From the IMG/VR virus record IMGVR_UViG_640069328_000004: a stretch of DNA of 64,000 nucleotides; one strand, given 5' to 3'. Numbering within the stretch: position 1 is the stretch's first letter; the number at the start of each line of letters is the position of its first letter. This stretch comes from an uncultured virus (IMG/VR IMGVR_UViG_640069328_000004). Taxonomy: Duplodnaviria > Heunggongvirae > Uroviricota > Caudoviricetes. Positions 27,501-36,051 of the stretch are shown here, in pieces. The notes under the pieces are model-generated. The model saw only the letters and a program-made list of their open reading frames with translations. It was not told the DNA's origin and did not search any database. The position numbers and the translations under genes are program-made.

Positions 27501-29473
27501 ATCGCCGGCTGGTCGAGGCGCAGGATCTCACCACCGAGCGGGGGCGCGAGCTTTACGCGGCCCTCGTCGGCATGGCCGGCGTCATGGATCAGATCCTGCC
27601 GAGCGTGGCCAGTCTCTCGGCCGAACTAGCGGGCCTCGTCGGCACGATCACCACCGATCTCGACGGCATGATCTCCGGCGCGGCCGAAGCGCAGCGGGCG
27701 GCGGCCGCGGCGGCGAAGGGCTGGTATCAGGTCACGCTGTCTCTGCGCGACTATATCGGCGATCTGCGCTCGGCGGCCTCCGAGCTGATCAGCCCGGCGG
27801 TGGCGGCGGCGCAGTCGCAGGCGCGCTACCAGACGATGCTGGCAGGCGCGATGGCAGGCGATCAGGAGGCGGCCAAGGCCGTCTCCGGCGCGGCCTCGGC
27901 CTATATCGACGCCGTGCGCGGGCAGGCCCGGTCGGCGGTAGATGTAGCCCGCGCGCAGGCGCGGGTGCTCTCGGACCTCCAGCTCCTGCAGGGCGTGACC
28001 GGCCTCGAGGGCGCGAAGGAGGATGTGCTGGCTAGCCTCTATCAGGAGCAGGTCGATCTCCTGACCGAGGTGCGGGACTATCTGACCGGCGGCGAGGCGC
28101 TGAAGCCCGAGCAGATTACGGCGCTGAACGCGCAGCTCGGATCGCTCGAAGGCGCCATCGCGGCGGCGAAGGAGATCTCCTACGCCGCCCTCCGCGAGCG
28201 GATCGACGTGACCGTGGGGCTGACGGCGACGGCCGAGATCCCGGCCGATCTGCGGCGCATCCTGAAGACTGCCACGAGCGGCGTCGAAGTCTCGCTCGAC
28301 ATGGTGTTGCGGCGGATGGACCTCTCGCCGGATCTGGTCTGGATCGCGGCGAAGGCCTCCTCCGACCACCTCGCGCGGATCACTTATCTGGCGAAGGCCG
28401 ACGCGCTGCCGGACGATCTGCGCACGCTGGCGGCCGTCCGCGTGGCGCAGTCGGTGCGCCGGCTCGCGCTGGTGATGGACAAGCCCGCCTCCGACCTCGG
28501 CATGGCGGAACTGCTGAAGGCCATCGGCGCCAAGGGCGGCCGGATCACCCTCGGCGGCAGCTTCGCCTTCGACCCCTCGACCGGCTTCTCGACCTGGTTC
28601 GAGAGCACCACCCGCACCACGCTCACCGGCCCCATGGGCGCCCTACGCACCGCGCTCGACGATCTGCGGGACGCGATCCTCGCCCAAGAGCGGGCGGCCG
28701 GGCAGCGCCAGCGCGGCGCGGCGCTGTCGGCCTATGCCGGGGGCCTCGCGACCAATGCCGCAGGGGACATTCTAGCCACGGATGCGCAGATCAGCGCGAT
28801 GGCCAAGACGGCGGGCATCGACACGACCGGGAAAACCACGGCCCAGATCATGCGGGCCATCGAGGGCTTCTCCTCGCTCGACGGGATCGAGACCATCAAG
28901 CGGCTGCCGGGATCGCTGACGGACTATCTGCGGAGCGTCTATGTCGCCCGCAAGGGCAACGTCCCCCTCGACGAGGCGGATTATCTGCGGCTCTATCCGG
29001 ACGTGGCCGCGGACGAATATGGCTATGATCCCAAGATCCACTACCGCAACCACGGCCGCGAGGCGATCCTTGCGGGCCTGCGACCCTTCAAGCCGGAGGT
29101 GTTCGACTGGTCGGCCATCGGCCTCGATATCCCCGGCTTCGCCGCGGGCGGGCTCCATGCGGGCGGCCTGCGCCTCGTGGGCGAACTCGGGCCTGAGCTC
29201 GAGGCCACCGGCCCGAGCCGCATCCACAGCGCGGGGCAGACCGCCGACATCCTCGGCGGCGCCGCCATGGGCGCCTCCGAGGTGGCCGGTGCCGTGCGCG
29301 ACCTGCAGGCCGAACTGGTGGCGCTGCGGGCCGAGAATGCCCAGATCGCACGCGAGCTCGCAGAGATGAAGGTCTGGGCCCGCAAGGGGGCCGAGGCCTC
29401 CACCGCCACCGCCAAGGACCTGCGCCGGATCGGAACGGTGGGCGTGCGGATCGACCCGACGGAGGCCCTCTGA
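24575..29473 (+). CDS. Tape measure protein, P1
   Basis: 1632 aa, IGSLRVNLGLDSAQF start, Ala/Gly-rich helical, C-terminal PGFAAGG...GELGPE. Confidence 0.93.
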   Translation: MSAVIGSLRVNLGLDSAQFQQGLKTAQSSLGLAGKSFAALSAVGATVGAAMTAIVAPTARAANEISRLSQVASTTPGTLQRWSAGAKTVGIEQEKLADILKDVNDKVGDFLSTGGGPMKDFFEQIAPRVGVTAEQFRKLSGPDALQLYVTSLQKAGLAQSEMTFYMEAIASDSTLLLPLLRDNGAEMERLGAAASSLGAVLGDDAVEALRRAHLALGDVSTALQGARDRMAAELAPAVEAMAVAFTNSMREGGALRTVLDGLGGVAASAVQGVASLADHADILASALVGIAATAIPSMMTAVAGMTTGLGLATIATNTLAGALGYLRAAIAVAGGPWGILAGAVASAAAYFLVFRDNAGHAEDAAYNMAAAEAALRGEMEAFATSSSPAAREESRKRVISLKEQATAALQTAQAELALAEAMGEDIKPGSLMDTAGPEEGARSLDARRQKIADLTAQLRDMTAALKDMDASAGGGATVIPQPSAITPTTKAVKDLGSAGRSAGKQIKDGMNGAKDSANEFADALRDNVVRSISSAVGSAVDWMLDGFEGGFKGLLDIAKNTLKQIIGMFMTNRITLSLGLGVSGGAAGVASAAAAGVPGMGGGGLGMLGSLFGGGGGGGFLGGIGNAFSAFGSGALGSLGNFFSGGLSGGFAYIGQSLSMATSGLVGLAQAAGAILGPVAAVAAAVSFFGTKTKLLDAGLRVTVRELNAMVETYKKVEKSRFGGLSKSRRTSYGLADGEVASPIVKAVSQMQASVLDVADTLGIGAEAFKGFAASVKFSTKGLSDEEIGAKLQEKLTELGDNFAARAFGYVGKNDQAIRDLEKRIAEGTSEAVVTGLKGSIGDKILSAFFGRKQQGDLADLIAGNSLVSTRPELAALVKEGESFVEALQRLSAAMTGVNGVMDTLGMSFRAVDMVTAGMASDLAALFGGLEGMVSATTTYYQAFYSEAERMETATRQATEALAKMGVALPETRAEYRRLVEAQDLTTERGRELYAALVGMAGVMDQILPSVASLSAELAGLVGTITTDLDGMISGAAEAQRAAAAAAKGWYQVTLSLRDYIGDLRSAASELISPAVAAAQSQARYQTMLAGAMAGDQEAAKAVSGAASAYIDAVRGQARSAVDVARAQARVLSDLQLLQGVTGLEGAKEDVLASLYQEQVDLLTEVRDYLTGGEALKPEQITALNAQLGSLEGAIAAAKEISYAALRERIDVTVGLTATAEIPADLRRILKTATSGVEVSLDMVLRRMDLSPDLVWIAAKASSDHLARITYLAKADALPDDLRTLAAVRVAQSVRRLALVMDKPASDLGMAELLKAIGAKGGRITLGGSFAFDPSTGFSTWFESTTRTTLTGPMGALRTALDDLRDAILAQERAAGQRQRGAALSAYAGGLATNAAGDILATDAQISAMAKTAGIDTTGKTTAQIMRAIEGFSSLDGIETIKRLPGSLTDYLRSVYVARKGNVPLDEADYLRLYPDVAADEYGYDPKIHYRNHGREAILAGLRPFKPEVFDWSAIGLDIPGFAAGGLHAGGLRLVGELGPELEATGPSRIHSAGQTADILGGAAMGASEVAGAVRDLQAELVALRAENAQIARELAEMKVWARKGAEASTATAKDLRRIGTVGVRIDPTEAL

Positions 29474-30363
29474 TGCGGATCATCCTGCCGACCCCGGTCA
29501 CGCCGGCGGCGCTCCTCGCGAGCAACATCCCCGAGGACGATCATCCCGCCTGGGGCGCGGGCGTGACCTATGCCCGGGGTGCCCGCGTGGTGGCGGATCA
29601 CGGCGTCTGGGAGAGCGTGGCCGACGGCAATACGGGCCACGATCCGGCGGCGGACGTGCTCGGCAGCTGGTGGCTCCGGATCGGGGCCACCAACCGCTGG
29701 CGCGCCTTCGACGAGCGGATCGGGGGGCAGACGGTCGGCGGCCCCACGATCACCTACTCGATCCGGCTGCCGCGCACGCTGAACCGCATCGCCTTCTTCA
29801 ACCTCGATGCTTCCTCCGTCCGCGTGAAGGTCACCACCCCCGCAGCCGTGACGATTCATGACCAGACGGTCGATCTCGTGGCCCGCGACCCGGTGGGCAC
29901 CTTCTGGGAATATGTCTTCACCGAGTTCGCCTTCACCCCGAACGTGATCGTGGCCGCCCCGCTTCCCGCAGGTGCCACGCTCGACATCACGGTGACGGGC
30001 GGCGCCGTCACCCGCGTGGGCGAGATCGTCATGGGCCGCGACACGCCGGTCGGCACCACGGTGGCCGGCACCGGCCTCGGCCTCGTCGACTATTCCGTGA
30101 AGCAGCGCGACGAATGGGGCGGGCTCTATATCGTGCCGCGCCCCGTCACCCGCACCGTCTCGCTCGCCTTCCAGGTCCCGCTCGAGGGCGCGGCGCGCGT
30201 CCAGTCGATCATGGAGCGGGTCTCGAGCCGGCTCGCCGTCTTCTATGCCGGCGAGGGGGTCGATGTCTGGGGCACCACCGTCGCCGGCATCCTCCGCGAT
30301 TACGACCTGACCCTCGGCCATGTCATCTGCGACGGCCGCGCCGAGGTCGAGAGCCTCGCCTGA
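29473..30363 (+). CDS. Minor/distal tail protein
   Basis: 296 aa after the tape measure; W..GATNRWRAFD, DYSVKQRDEWG. Confidence 0.7.
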   Translation: MRIILPTPVTPAALLASNIPEDDHPAWGAGVTYARGARVVADHGVWESVADGNTGHDPAADVLGSWWLRIGATNRWRAFDERIGGQTVGGPTITYSIRLPRTLNRIAFFNLDASSVRVKVTTPAAVTIHDQTVDLVARDPVGTFWEYVFTEFAFTPNVIVAAPLPAGATLDITVTGGAVTRVGEIVMGRDTPVGTTVAGTGLGLVDYSVKQRDEWGGLYIVPRPVTRTVSLAFQVPLEGAARVQSIMERVSSRLAVFYAGEGVDVWGTTVAGILRDYDLTLGHVICDGRAEVESLA

Positions 30364-30379
30364 CGCAAGGGAGCACCCC

Positions 30380-31864
30380 ATGGACTTCTTCTCTCCTCCG
30401 CCGACGCCGCCGAACAGCGGCAACCCCGGCACCTTCAACGACGATGCCGATGCCTTCCTCGGCTGGTTCCCGGCCTTCGTGGCCGAGCTGAACGCGCTTC
30501 TGCCCTATCTGACCGGAGCGGGCTTCGGCGACGGCACCGCCGCAGCGCCCGGCCTCTTCTGGCGCGACGATCCCGACACCGGGCTCTTCCGGTCGGGGAG
30601 CAATGCGGTGGGGGTGACGGCCGGCGGCATCCTCCGGCTCACGGTCTCCGCCCTTGCGCTCACCTCGACTGTGCCGCTCCGGGCGCCGCTCGGCACGGCG
30701 GCGGCCCCGGGGATCTCGTTCGAGACCGATCCGAACACCGGGATCCGCAGCGACGGGGCGGACGTCCTGCACTTCATCACCGGCGGGGTGACCCGCGGCT
30801 TCTTCTCCACCACCCACTTCCAGTCCACCCTCCCGGCCGTGGTGCCCGTCGGGGCGGCTGCAACCCCGAGCCTCACCTTCGCGGGCGATCTCGACACCGG
30901 GATCTTCCGGGCGGCGGCAGACCTCCTCGGGATCGCGGCCGGCGGGGAAGAGCGGTTCCGCGTCGGCTCCGGCCGCGCGGCGGCGCTGGTTCCCTTCAGC
31001 GTTCCGGACGGGACGCAGGCCTTCCCGGGCCTCACCTTCAACGGCGAGGTGGGTTCGAACACCGGCTTCTTCCTCGCGGCCGAGAACGAGATCGGCGTCA
31101 CCTGTCAGGGGACGGAACGGGCGCGGTTCACGCCGTCGGGCATGCAGCTGCAGGGGCTCCTCTCCGGCACGGCCGTGACCCAGACCGATCAAGACACCAC
31201 GCCCGGCCGCCTCCTGAAGGTCGGAGACTATGGCCTCGGCGGGACCGCGCGCCCGATCCCGGGCAACGATGCGGACCAGATCTCCGTCACCGGCTTCTAT
31301 CAGGTCACGGGCGCCACGCTGAACCGTCCGGCCGGCATGTCCATCGGCACCCTGCAGCACATCCAGCACGGGGCCACACGCGCCATCCAGATCGCCTATC
31401 CGCAGACGGCCAGCGATACCGGGCGCTGGTGCCGTTACAAGGATACCAGCTGGGGCGACTGGTTCCTGACCTACGACCAGCGCAACATCGTGGGAGCGGT
31501 CAGCTGGGCCTCCGGCTTTCCGCGCGGCGGCATCATCGAAAAGGGCGAGACCGCTGGCGCCGAATATGTCCGATTTGCGGATGGGACGCAGCTTTGCCGC
31601 CTGGTCCAGACCGGGGTGCCGGGTCCGACCACGCCGCAGGGCTCGCTCTATCGCACCGAATGGCAGACGGTGACGCTGCCGGTCGAGTTCGTGAGCGCGG
31701 CCCTGAACGGCCATTGCGTGACCGGCGGCTGCCGGGGCGGCTCGGTGATCTCGCTGCTCGGGCGGCCGGGGGCCTCGAACGTCGCCGCTTACATGCTGCT
31801 GGCTCCGACGTCCTACGGAGGCACGCAGACCGTCGATCTTCTCGTAACTGGCCGCTGGAGGTAA
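30380..31864 (+). CDS. Tail fibre / receptor-binding protein
   Basis: Four GTAAAPG..F..D.DTG-type repeats, GRLLKVGDYGLGG, YVRFADGTQ.C...GRW terminus. Confidence 0.88.
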   Translation: MDFFSPPPTPPNSGNPGTFNDDADAFLGWFPAFVAELNALLPYLTGAGFGDGTAAAPGLFWRDDPDTGLFRSGSNAVGVTAGGILRLTVSALALTSTVPLRAPLGTAAAPGISFETDPNTGIRSDGADVLHFITGGVTRGFFSTTHFQSTLPAVVPVGAAATPSLTFAGDLDTGIFRAAADLLGIAAGGEERFRVGSGRAAALVPFSVPDGTQAFPGLTFNGEVGSNTGFFLAAENEIGVTCQGTERARFTPSGMQLQGLLSGTAVTQTDQDTTPGRLLKVGDYGLGGTARPIPGNDADQISVTGFYQVTGATLNRPAGMSIGTLQHIQHGATRAIQIAYPQTASDTGRWCRYKDTSWGDWFLTYDQRNIVGAVSWASGFPRGGIIEKGETAGAEYVRFADGTQLCRLVQTGVPGPTTPQGSLYRTEWQTVTLPVEFVSAALNGHCVTGGCRGGSVISLLGRPGASNVAAYMLLAPTSYGGTQTVDLLVTGRWR

Positions 31865-31870
31865 CCCGCC

Positions 31871-32188
31871 ATGATGCGCATTCGCATGGCCCCGCTTCGG
31901 CGGATGTATGAGCTGACCGTCTTCCGCGTGCAGGGGGACACCCTCACCTGCAACGACATGGTCTATGACTTCAGCGGCGTCGAGGAGGGCGACGTGCTCC
32001 CCTGGGACGCCATGGACAACACCTGGGTCACGAGCAACGTCACCCGGGTCAACGGCGTCCTAGAGTTCGAGGTGGTCTTCCCCCACGGCTACTACGGGGA
32101 CAGTCCGCTGCCGAACCCCGGCACCCTCGAGGTCGAGGATCAGGATATCCCGATCCCGCCCTATCTCCCGCCGTCCACGGAGGGCTGA
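31871..32188 (+). CDS. Tail fibre-associated hypothetical protein
   Basis: GAGGT RBS; GDTLTCNDMVYDFS.V.EGDVLP. Confidence 0.7.
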   Translation: MMRIRMAPLRRMYELTVFRVQGDTLTCNDMVYDFSGVEEGDVLPWDAMDNTWVTSNVTRVNGVLEFEVVFPHGYYGDSPLPNPGTLEVEDQDIPIPPYLPPSTEG

Positions 32189-32191
32189 TCC

Positions 32192-32530
32192 ATGGCAAGG
32201 AAGAAAGCAGCAATGAAGACGACCGCGACCATCGATTACAGCAGGCTCGTGAAGGCCGCGGACATCAAGGCGCAGGCCGAGGCCCGCGCGCGGGGGCCGG
32301 CCGAGGTCTCTGTCCTGCAGGCCATGATCGTGGTCGGCGAGGAGAAGTGGGGCCAAGCCATGGCGATCGCGGAGGATGTCTCCTACCCCTGGGCGATGCG
32401 GGCCGCGATCCGCGGCGCGACGGTGCTCGTCCGGGATTCGGAGACGATGGACACGCTGGCCTTCCTCCTCGGCTTTTCCCCGGAGGAAACCGATCGGCTG
32501 TTCGTTGAGGCCGCGAAGGTGACACTGTGA
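32192..32530 (+). CDS. Tail fibre-associated hypothetical protein
   Basis: IDYSRLV...LGFSPEETDRLFVEA. Confidence 0.7.
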   Translation: MARKKAAMKTTATIDYSRLVKAADIKAQAEARARGPAEVSVLQAMIVVGEEKWGQAMAIAEDVSYPWAMRAAIRGATVLVRDSETMDTLAFLLGFSPEETDRLFVEAAKVTL

Positions 32531-32895
32531 ACCTGCTCGAGCCCGACGCGCAGCCCCATCAGCCATACGCGTGGCTGACGAACCAGGCCGCACACTCCGC
32601 TGTCGTCGGTCTTCCGCTGGGACTTCTGGCGCTCGGTTTGAGCCTCCCTCCAGAGGCCGTGCCCCCCGCCGTCGCGCTGATCTATCTGATCGTCTGGGAG
32701 CGGCTGATCCAGCGCGGGCCCGACCTGCGCGACAGCCTGACCGACACGGCCCACGTCGCGGCGGGCGCGACCCTCATAACCGCCGCCCTCTGCTGGGGCT
32801 ACTGGCCGACCGTGGGCACGCTCGCGGTCTGGGCGGCCATGCTCGCTGCCGGGATCTGGCGGCGCATTGGACCGAAACCCTTCAGGGAGGACTGA
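32527..32895 (+). CDS. Multi-TM membrane protein
   Basis: GTGA-coupled; several hydrophobic segments. Confidence 0.65.
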   Translation: MNLLEPDAQPHQPYAWLTNQAAHSAVVGLPLGLLALGLSLPPEAVPPAVALIYLIVWERLIQRGPDLRDSLTDTAHVAAGATLITAALCWGYWPTVGTLAVWAAMLAAGIWRRIGPKPFRED

Positions 32896-32897
32896 CC

Positions 32898-33350
32898 TTG
32901 ATCGTCGTCCGAAGAATCTGGGAGGGCACGCGCAGCCATTTCCCGATCCGCGCCACCGAGTGGATCATGGCCGTGCCGCTGCTCGGCATAGGCTATGCGC
33001 TCTATCTCGACGATGAGCTGTTCTCGCGCACACCGTCCTTCTCGACGCTGGCGGAATATGGCGACGAGACGAGCTGGTGCATCGTCATCATGGCCTGCGC
33101 GATTTGCCGCCTGCTCGCGCTGCTGATCAACGGGACATTCCACGGCTTCACCCACTCGCCGCTGATCCGTCTGGCGGCGGCGCTGACCGCCATGTCCTTC
33201 TGGAGCCTCTTCACCATAGGGATTGCGGCGGCCTACCTCACCCATCAGGGCGCTCCCACGGGCATCATCGCCTACGGGACCTTCATGGTCATGGAGTTGC
33301 GGAACATATACCTGAGCCGGCAGGACATGGTCCTCTCGAAGGGCCGGTGA
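32898..33350 (+). CDS. Four-TM membrane protein (holin-like)
   Basis: TTG start after GGGAGG; RATEWIMA... Confidence 0.6.
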   Translation: MIVVRRIWEGTRSHFPIRATEWIMAVPLLGIGYALYLDDELFSRTPSFSTLAEYGDETSWCIVIMACAICRLLALLINGTFHGFTHSPLIRLAAALTAMSFWSLFTIGIAAAYLTHQGAPTGIIAYGTFMVMELRNIYLSRQDMVLSKGR

Positions 33351-33353
33351 AGC

Positions 33354-33707
33354 ATGCTCGGTCTGGGGGCTGAGGAGATCGCCACGGTCATCGTGGGGAT
33401 CGCGACAGCGTTGACCGTGCTGCTCGGCGGGCGGAAGGCGAAGCAGGCGCGGCAGAGAGTGGAAACCAGCGACGACATGGTCGAGGTGGCGGGTGCGCTG
33501 ATCAACGGCGAGGACGCCCGGGCGCTGTCGAAGGAGTTTCGCGCCAATATCGAGGAGAAGGTGCTTCTGCGCGGCGAGATCGTGAAGCTGCGGAAGGCGG
33601 TCGATGCGAACACCGAGGTTTGCGAGGATGTGCGCAAGGCCGCTGGCGAGGTGACCGACCAGATGAAGGAGCTATGGGCCGAGATGGTCCGGTCGGGGCG
33701 AAAGTAA
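33354..33707 (+). CDS. TM plus coiled-coil protein (holin/anti-holin-like)
   Basis: N-terminal TM, basic patch, helical tail. Confidence 0.6.
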   Translation: MLGLGAEEIATVIVGIATALTVLLGGRKAKQARQRVETSDDMVEVAGALINGEDARALSKEFRANIEEKVLLRGEIVKLRKAVDANTEVCEDVRKAAGEVTDQMKELWAEMVRSGRK

Positions 33708-33732
33708 GCCCTCATGATGAAGATCTGACACC

Positions 33733-33756
33733 GCCCCGCCTCGTGCGGGGCTTTTT
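33733..33756 (+). terminator. Intrinsic terminator before the endolysin
   Basis: GCCCCGC-CTCGT-GCGGGGC-TTTTT. Confidence 0.75.
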
Positions 33757-33767
33757 CATTTCAGGAG

Positions 33768-34574
33768 ATGCACATGGATGTTCGTGACATCCAGCGGCTG
33801 CTCGCAGCCGTCGGGCTCTACAGGGGTGCCATCGACGGCGATGCAGGCCCGCAGACCATGGCCGCGGTGGCCGTGATCCTCGGCCGCCACGATGCCGTGC
33901 CGTGGAAGGCATGGCCGCGCGACCGCCGCCTGATCGCCGCCGGGCAGGCGGTGCTGGCGCAGCTCGGGCATGAGCCGGGCAGGATCGACGGGCTCCTCGG
34001 GCCGAACACCCGAGAGGCGCTGACCGCCTGGGCCTCGGGCCGCGCGAAAGCGGCGGTGGAGCGGGTGCCCCTGCCGGGCCATGCCGTGGCCGATGCGCAG
34101 GGGGCCTATCCCCGCCAAGAGTCGGTGGCGAGCTTCTACGGCGTTGCTGGGGGGCCCGACTGCACCGCCGGCGTGGTGGAGCTGCCGGTTCCGTTCCGGC
34201 TGGCGTGGGACCTTGGGACCGTTGTCTCCAGCTTCCGCTGCCACAAGCTGCTGGTGGCGCCCATGACGCGGATCTTCCGCGATGCGGTCGCCCACTACGG
34301 CTCGGCCGAGTTCGAGCGGCTGCGGCTCAACCTCTTCGGCGGTTGCTTCAATCACCGCACCATGCGCGGCGGCTCGAGCCTCTCGATGCACGCCTGGGGG
34401 ATCGCCGTCGATCTCGATCCCGAACGGAACCAGCTGCGCTGGGGCAGCGACCGGGCGACCTTCGCCGCGCCAGCCTACGAGCCCTTCTGGAACATCGTCG
34501 AAGCCGCCGGGGCCACCAGCCTCGGCCGCGCCTGTAACCGCGACTGGATGCACTTTCAGTTCGCCCGCCTCTGA
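33768..34574 (+). CDS. Endolysin: two peptidoglycan-binding repeats plus M15 peptidase
   Basis: IDGDAGPQT and IDGLLGPNT; SMHAWGIAVD; DWMHFQ. Confidence 0.9.
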   Translation: MHMDVRDIQRLLAAVGLYRGAIDGDAGPQTMAAVAVILGRHDAVPWKAWPRDRRLIAAGQAVLAQLGHEPGRIDGLLGPNTREALTAWASGRAKAAVERVPLPGHAVADAQGAYPRQESVASFYGVAGGPDCTAGVVELPVPFRLAWDLGTVVSSFRCHKLLVAPMTRIFRDAVAHYGSAEFERLRLNLFGGCFNHRTMRGGSSLSMHAWGIAVDLDPERNQLRWGSDRATFAAPAYEPFWNIVEAAGATSLGRACNRDWMHFQFARL

Positions 34575-34586
34575 AGGAGAGAACCC

Positions 34587-35084
34587 TTGTCCCCGATCAT
34601 CGTCCTCGCGCCCCCGGCGCCCCTCGTGCTCATGCTCGCCCTTTGCGCGCTGGCCTTCATCCTGCTGGTCGGCTGGCCGCTTGTCGCTGCTCTGGCGCGC
34701 ATCGTGGTCTCGGCCGTGATCATCGCCATGATCGCCCTGCCTGCCGCCGCCGCGACCGGCAGCGATCTCCTGACCGCCGTGACGCCCGGCCTCATCGATC
34801 TCGCGAGCGTGGCGCTGACCGCGCTTATCGGCCTCGCAGCCGTGCGCTTCCAGCGCTGGACCGGGATCCAGATCGAAGCGCGGCACCGCGAGGCGCTGCA
34901 CTCCGCCATCATGACCGCTGCGCGGGTTGCCGTGGACCGGGGCCTGACCCGCGACGTCGCCACCGAGTTCGTCGCCGCCTACGCCCGCGCCTCCGTGCCG
35001 GATGCCCTGAAGCGCCTGTCGCCCTCGGCCGAGACGATGGATGCGCTTATCCGGTCGAAGCTGCTCGAGGTCGGCGGACGCTGA
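34587..35084 (+). CDS. Holin-like membrane protein
   Basis: Three hydrophobic segments, then IEARHREALHSA...SVPDALKRL. Confidence 0.6.
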   Translation: MSPIIVLAPPAPLVLMLALCALAFILLVGWPLVAALARIVVSAVIIAMIALPAAAATGSDLLTAVTPGLIDLASVALTALIGLAAVRFQRWTGIQIEARHREALHSAIMTAARVAVDRGLTRDVATEFVAAYARASVPDALKRLSPSAETMDALIRSKLLEVGGR

Positions 35085-35228
35085 TGGCTGCTCCCCCCAT
35101 GCCCCGCCCTCGGCCGCGCCGCTGGGGGCGGTCCAGATCATGACCGACCGGGACCAATGGGCCGCCCTGATCCTCTGGGCGGCCTGCATCACAGATCTGG
35201 CGCGCCGCGCTGAGCACACGAGGGCGAC

Positions 35229-35573
35229 ATGACGACGACATGGGAGAGCGACGGCTTCTCTAGGGCGCTCGCGGCCGGCGAAGGGACGGCAGCCGAAGCG
35301 GTCGCGAGGAAGCTCTTCGAGGGCGATGTCGTGATCGGCGAAGCCTCCATCGAGGGCGGCCAAGTCAACGTCAGGTTCGAGCCGTGGGCTCTCTCACACG
35401 GACATTGGCGCGTGCAGGTCCGCGTCGGGCCCGAGACGGCCACGATCTACGACGAGACGATCACTGTCCTGGTCAGCGTCCGGTCGCCCGGGTCCGCACC
35501 CATCCCTTACCTCCTCGACGACAACGGCGAGCAGGTCACCGACGACAACGACATACCTGTGGAGGCCGCCTGA
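35229..35573 (+). CDS. Beta-rich hypothetical protein (possible fibre anchor)
   Basis: GAGGG RBS; acidic C-terminal [14 protein letters not shown]. Confidence 0.65.
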   Translation: MTTTWESDGFSRALAAGEGTAAEAVARKLFEGDVVIGEASIEGGQVNVRFEPWALSHGHWRVQVRVGPETATIYDETITVLVSVRSPGSAPIPYLLDDNGEQVTDDNDIPVEAA

Positions 35574-35574
35574 A

Positions 35575-36051
35575 ATGGCTCGACTTTCTGACAGCGGCGC
35601 GCTGGTCGTGTCCGCTCTTGCCAAGCTGAGCGGGACGGAGCGCCTGAGCGCGAACGTCCTGCGCGACCTTCCTGCTGGCACCGCGGGGCCGCAGGGCGAG
35701 CCTGGCCCGACTGGCGCCGAAGGACGTTCCGCCTACGAGGTGGCTCTCGATGCTGGCTTCGTAGGCACAGAGGCGCAATGGATTGCCTCGTTGCGCGGGC
35801 CGAAGGGCGATATGGGCGATCCGGGTCCGGCCGGGCCGAAGGGCGACACCGGGGACGCAGGGCCGCAGGGTGAGCCCGGCGCTGCGGGGCCACAGGGGGA
35901 CGAGGGGCCGGCTGGGCCGCAGGGCGATCCGGGTCCGCAGGGTCCGGCGGGTCAGGACGGCGCATCCGCGGTTATCACGGTGGTCGCGGATCAGGCGGCG
36001 TTCGATGCGGCGGTGCCGGGGCCGGGCGAATTGGTGATCCTCTATGCCTAA
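35575..36051 (+). CDS. Collagen-like (Gly-X-Y) fibre protein
   Basis: GPQGEPG repeats, [23 protein letters not shown]-terminal VADQAAFDA. Confidence 0.85.
   Translation: MARLSDSGALVVSALAKLSGTERLSANVLRDLPAGTAGPQGEPGPTGAEGRSAYEVALDAGFVGTEAQWIASLRGPKGDMGDPGPAGPKGDTGDAGPQGEPGAAGPQGDEGPAGPQGDPGPQGPAGQDGASAVITVVADQAAFDAAVPGPGELVILYA

Noticed and set aside
26175..31864. Diversity-generating retroelement or invertible tail fibre shufflon
   Set aside because: No reverse transcriptase or invertase; the repeat is paralogy between prophages and fibre repeats are degenerate protein repeats
15416..31864. Gene transfer agent cluster
   Set aside because: Element has att sites, integrase, immunity and replication genes, a long tape measure and no GTA-type tip genes
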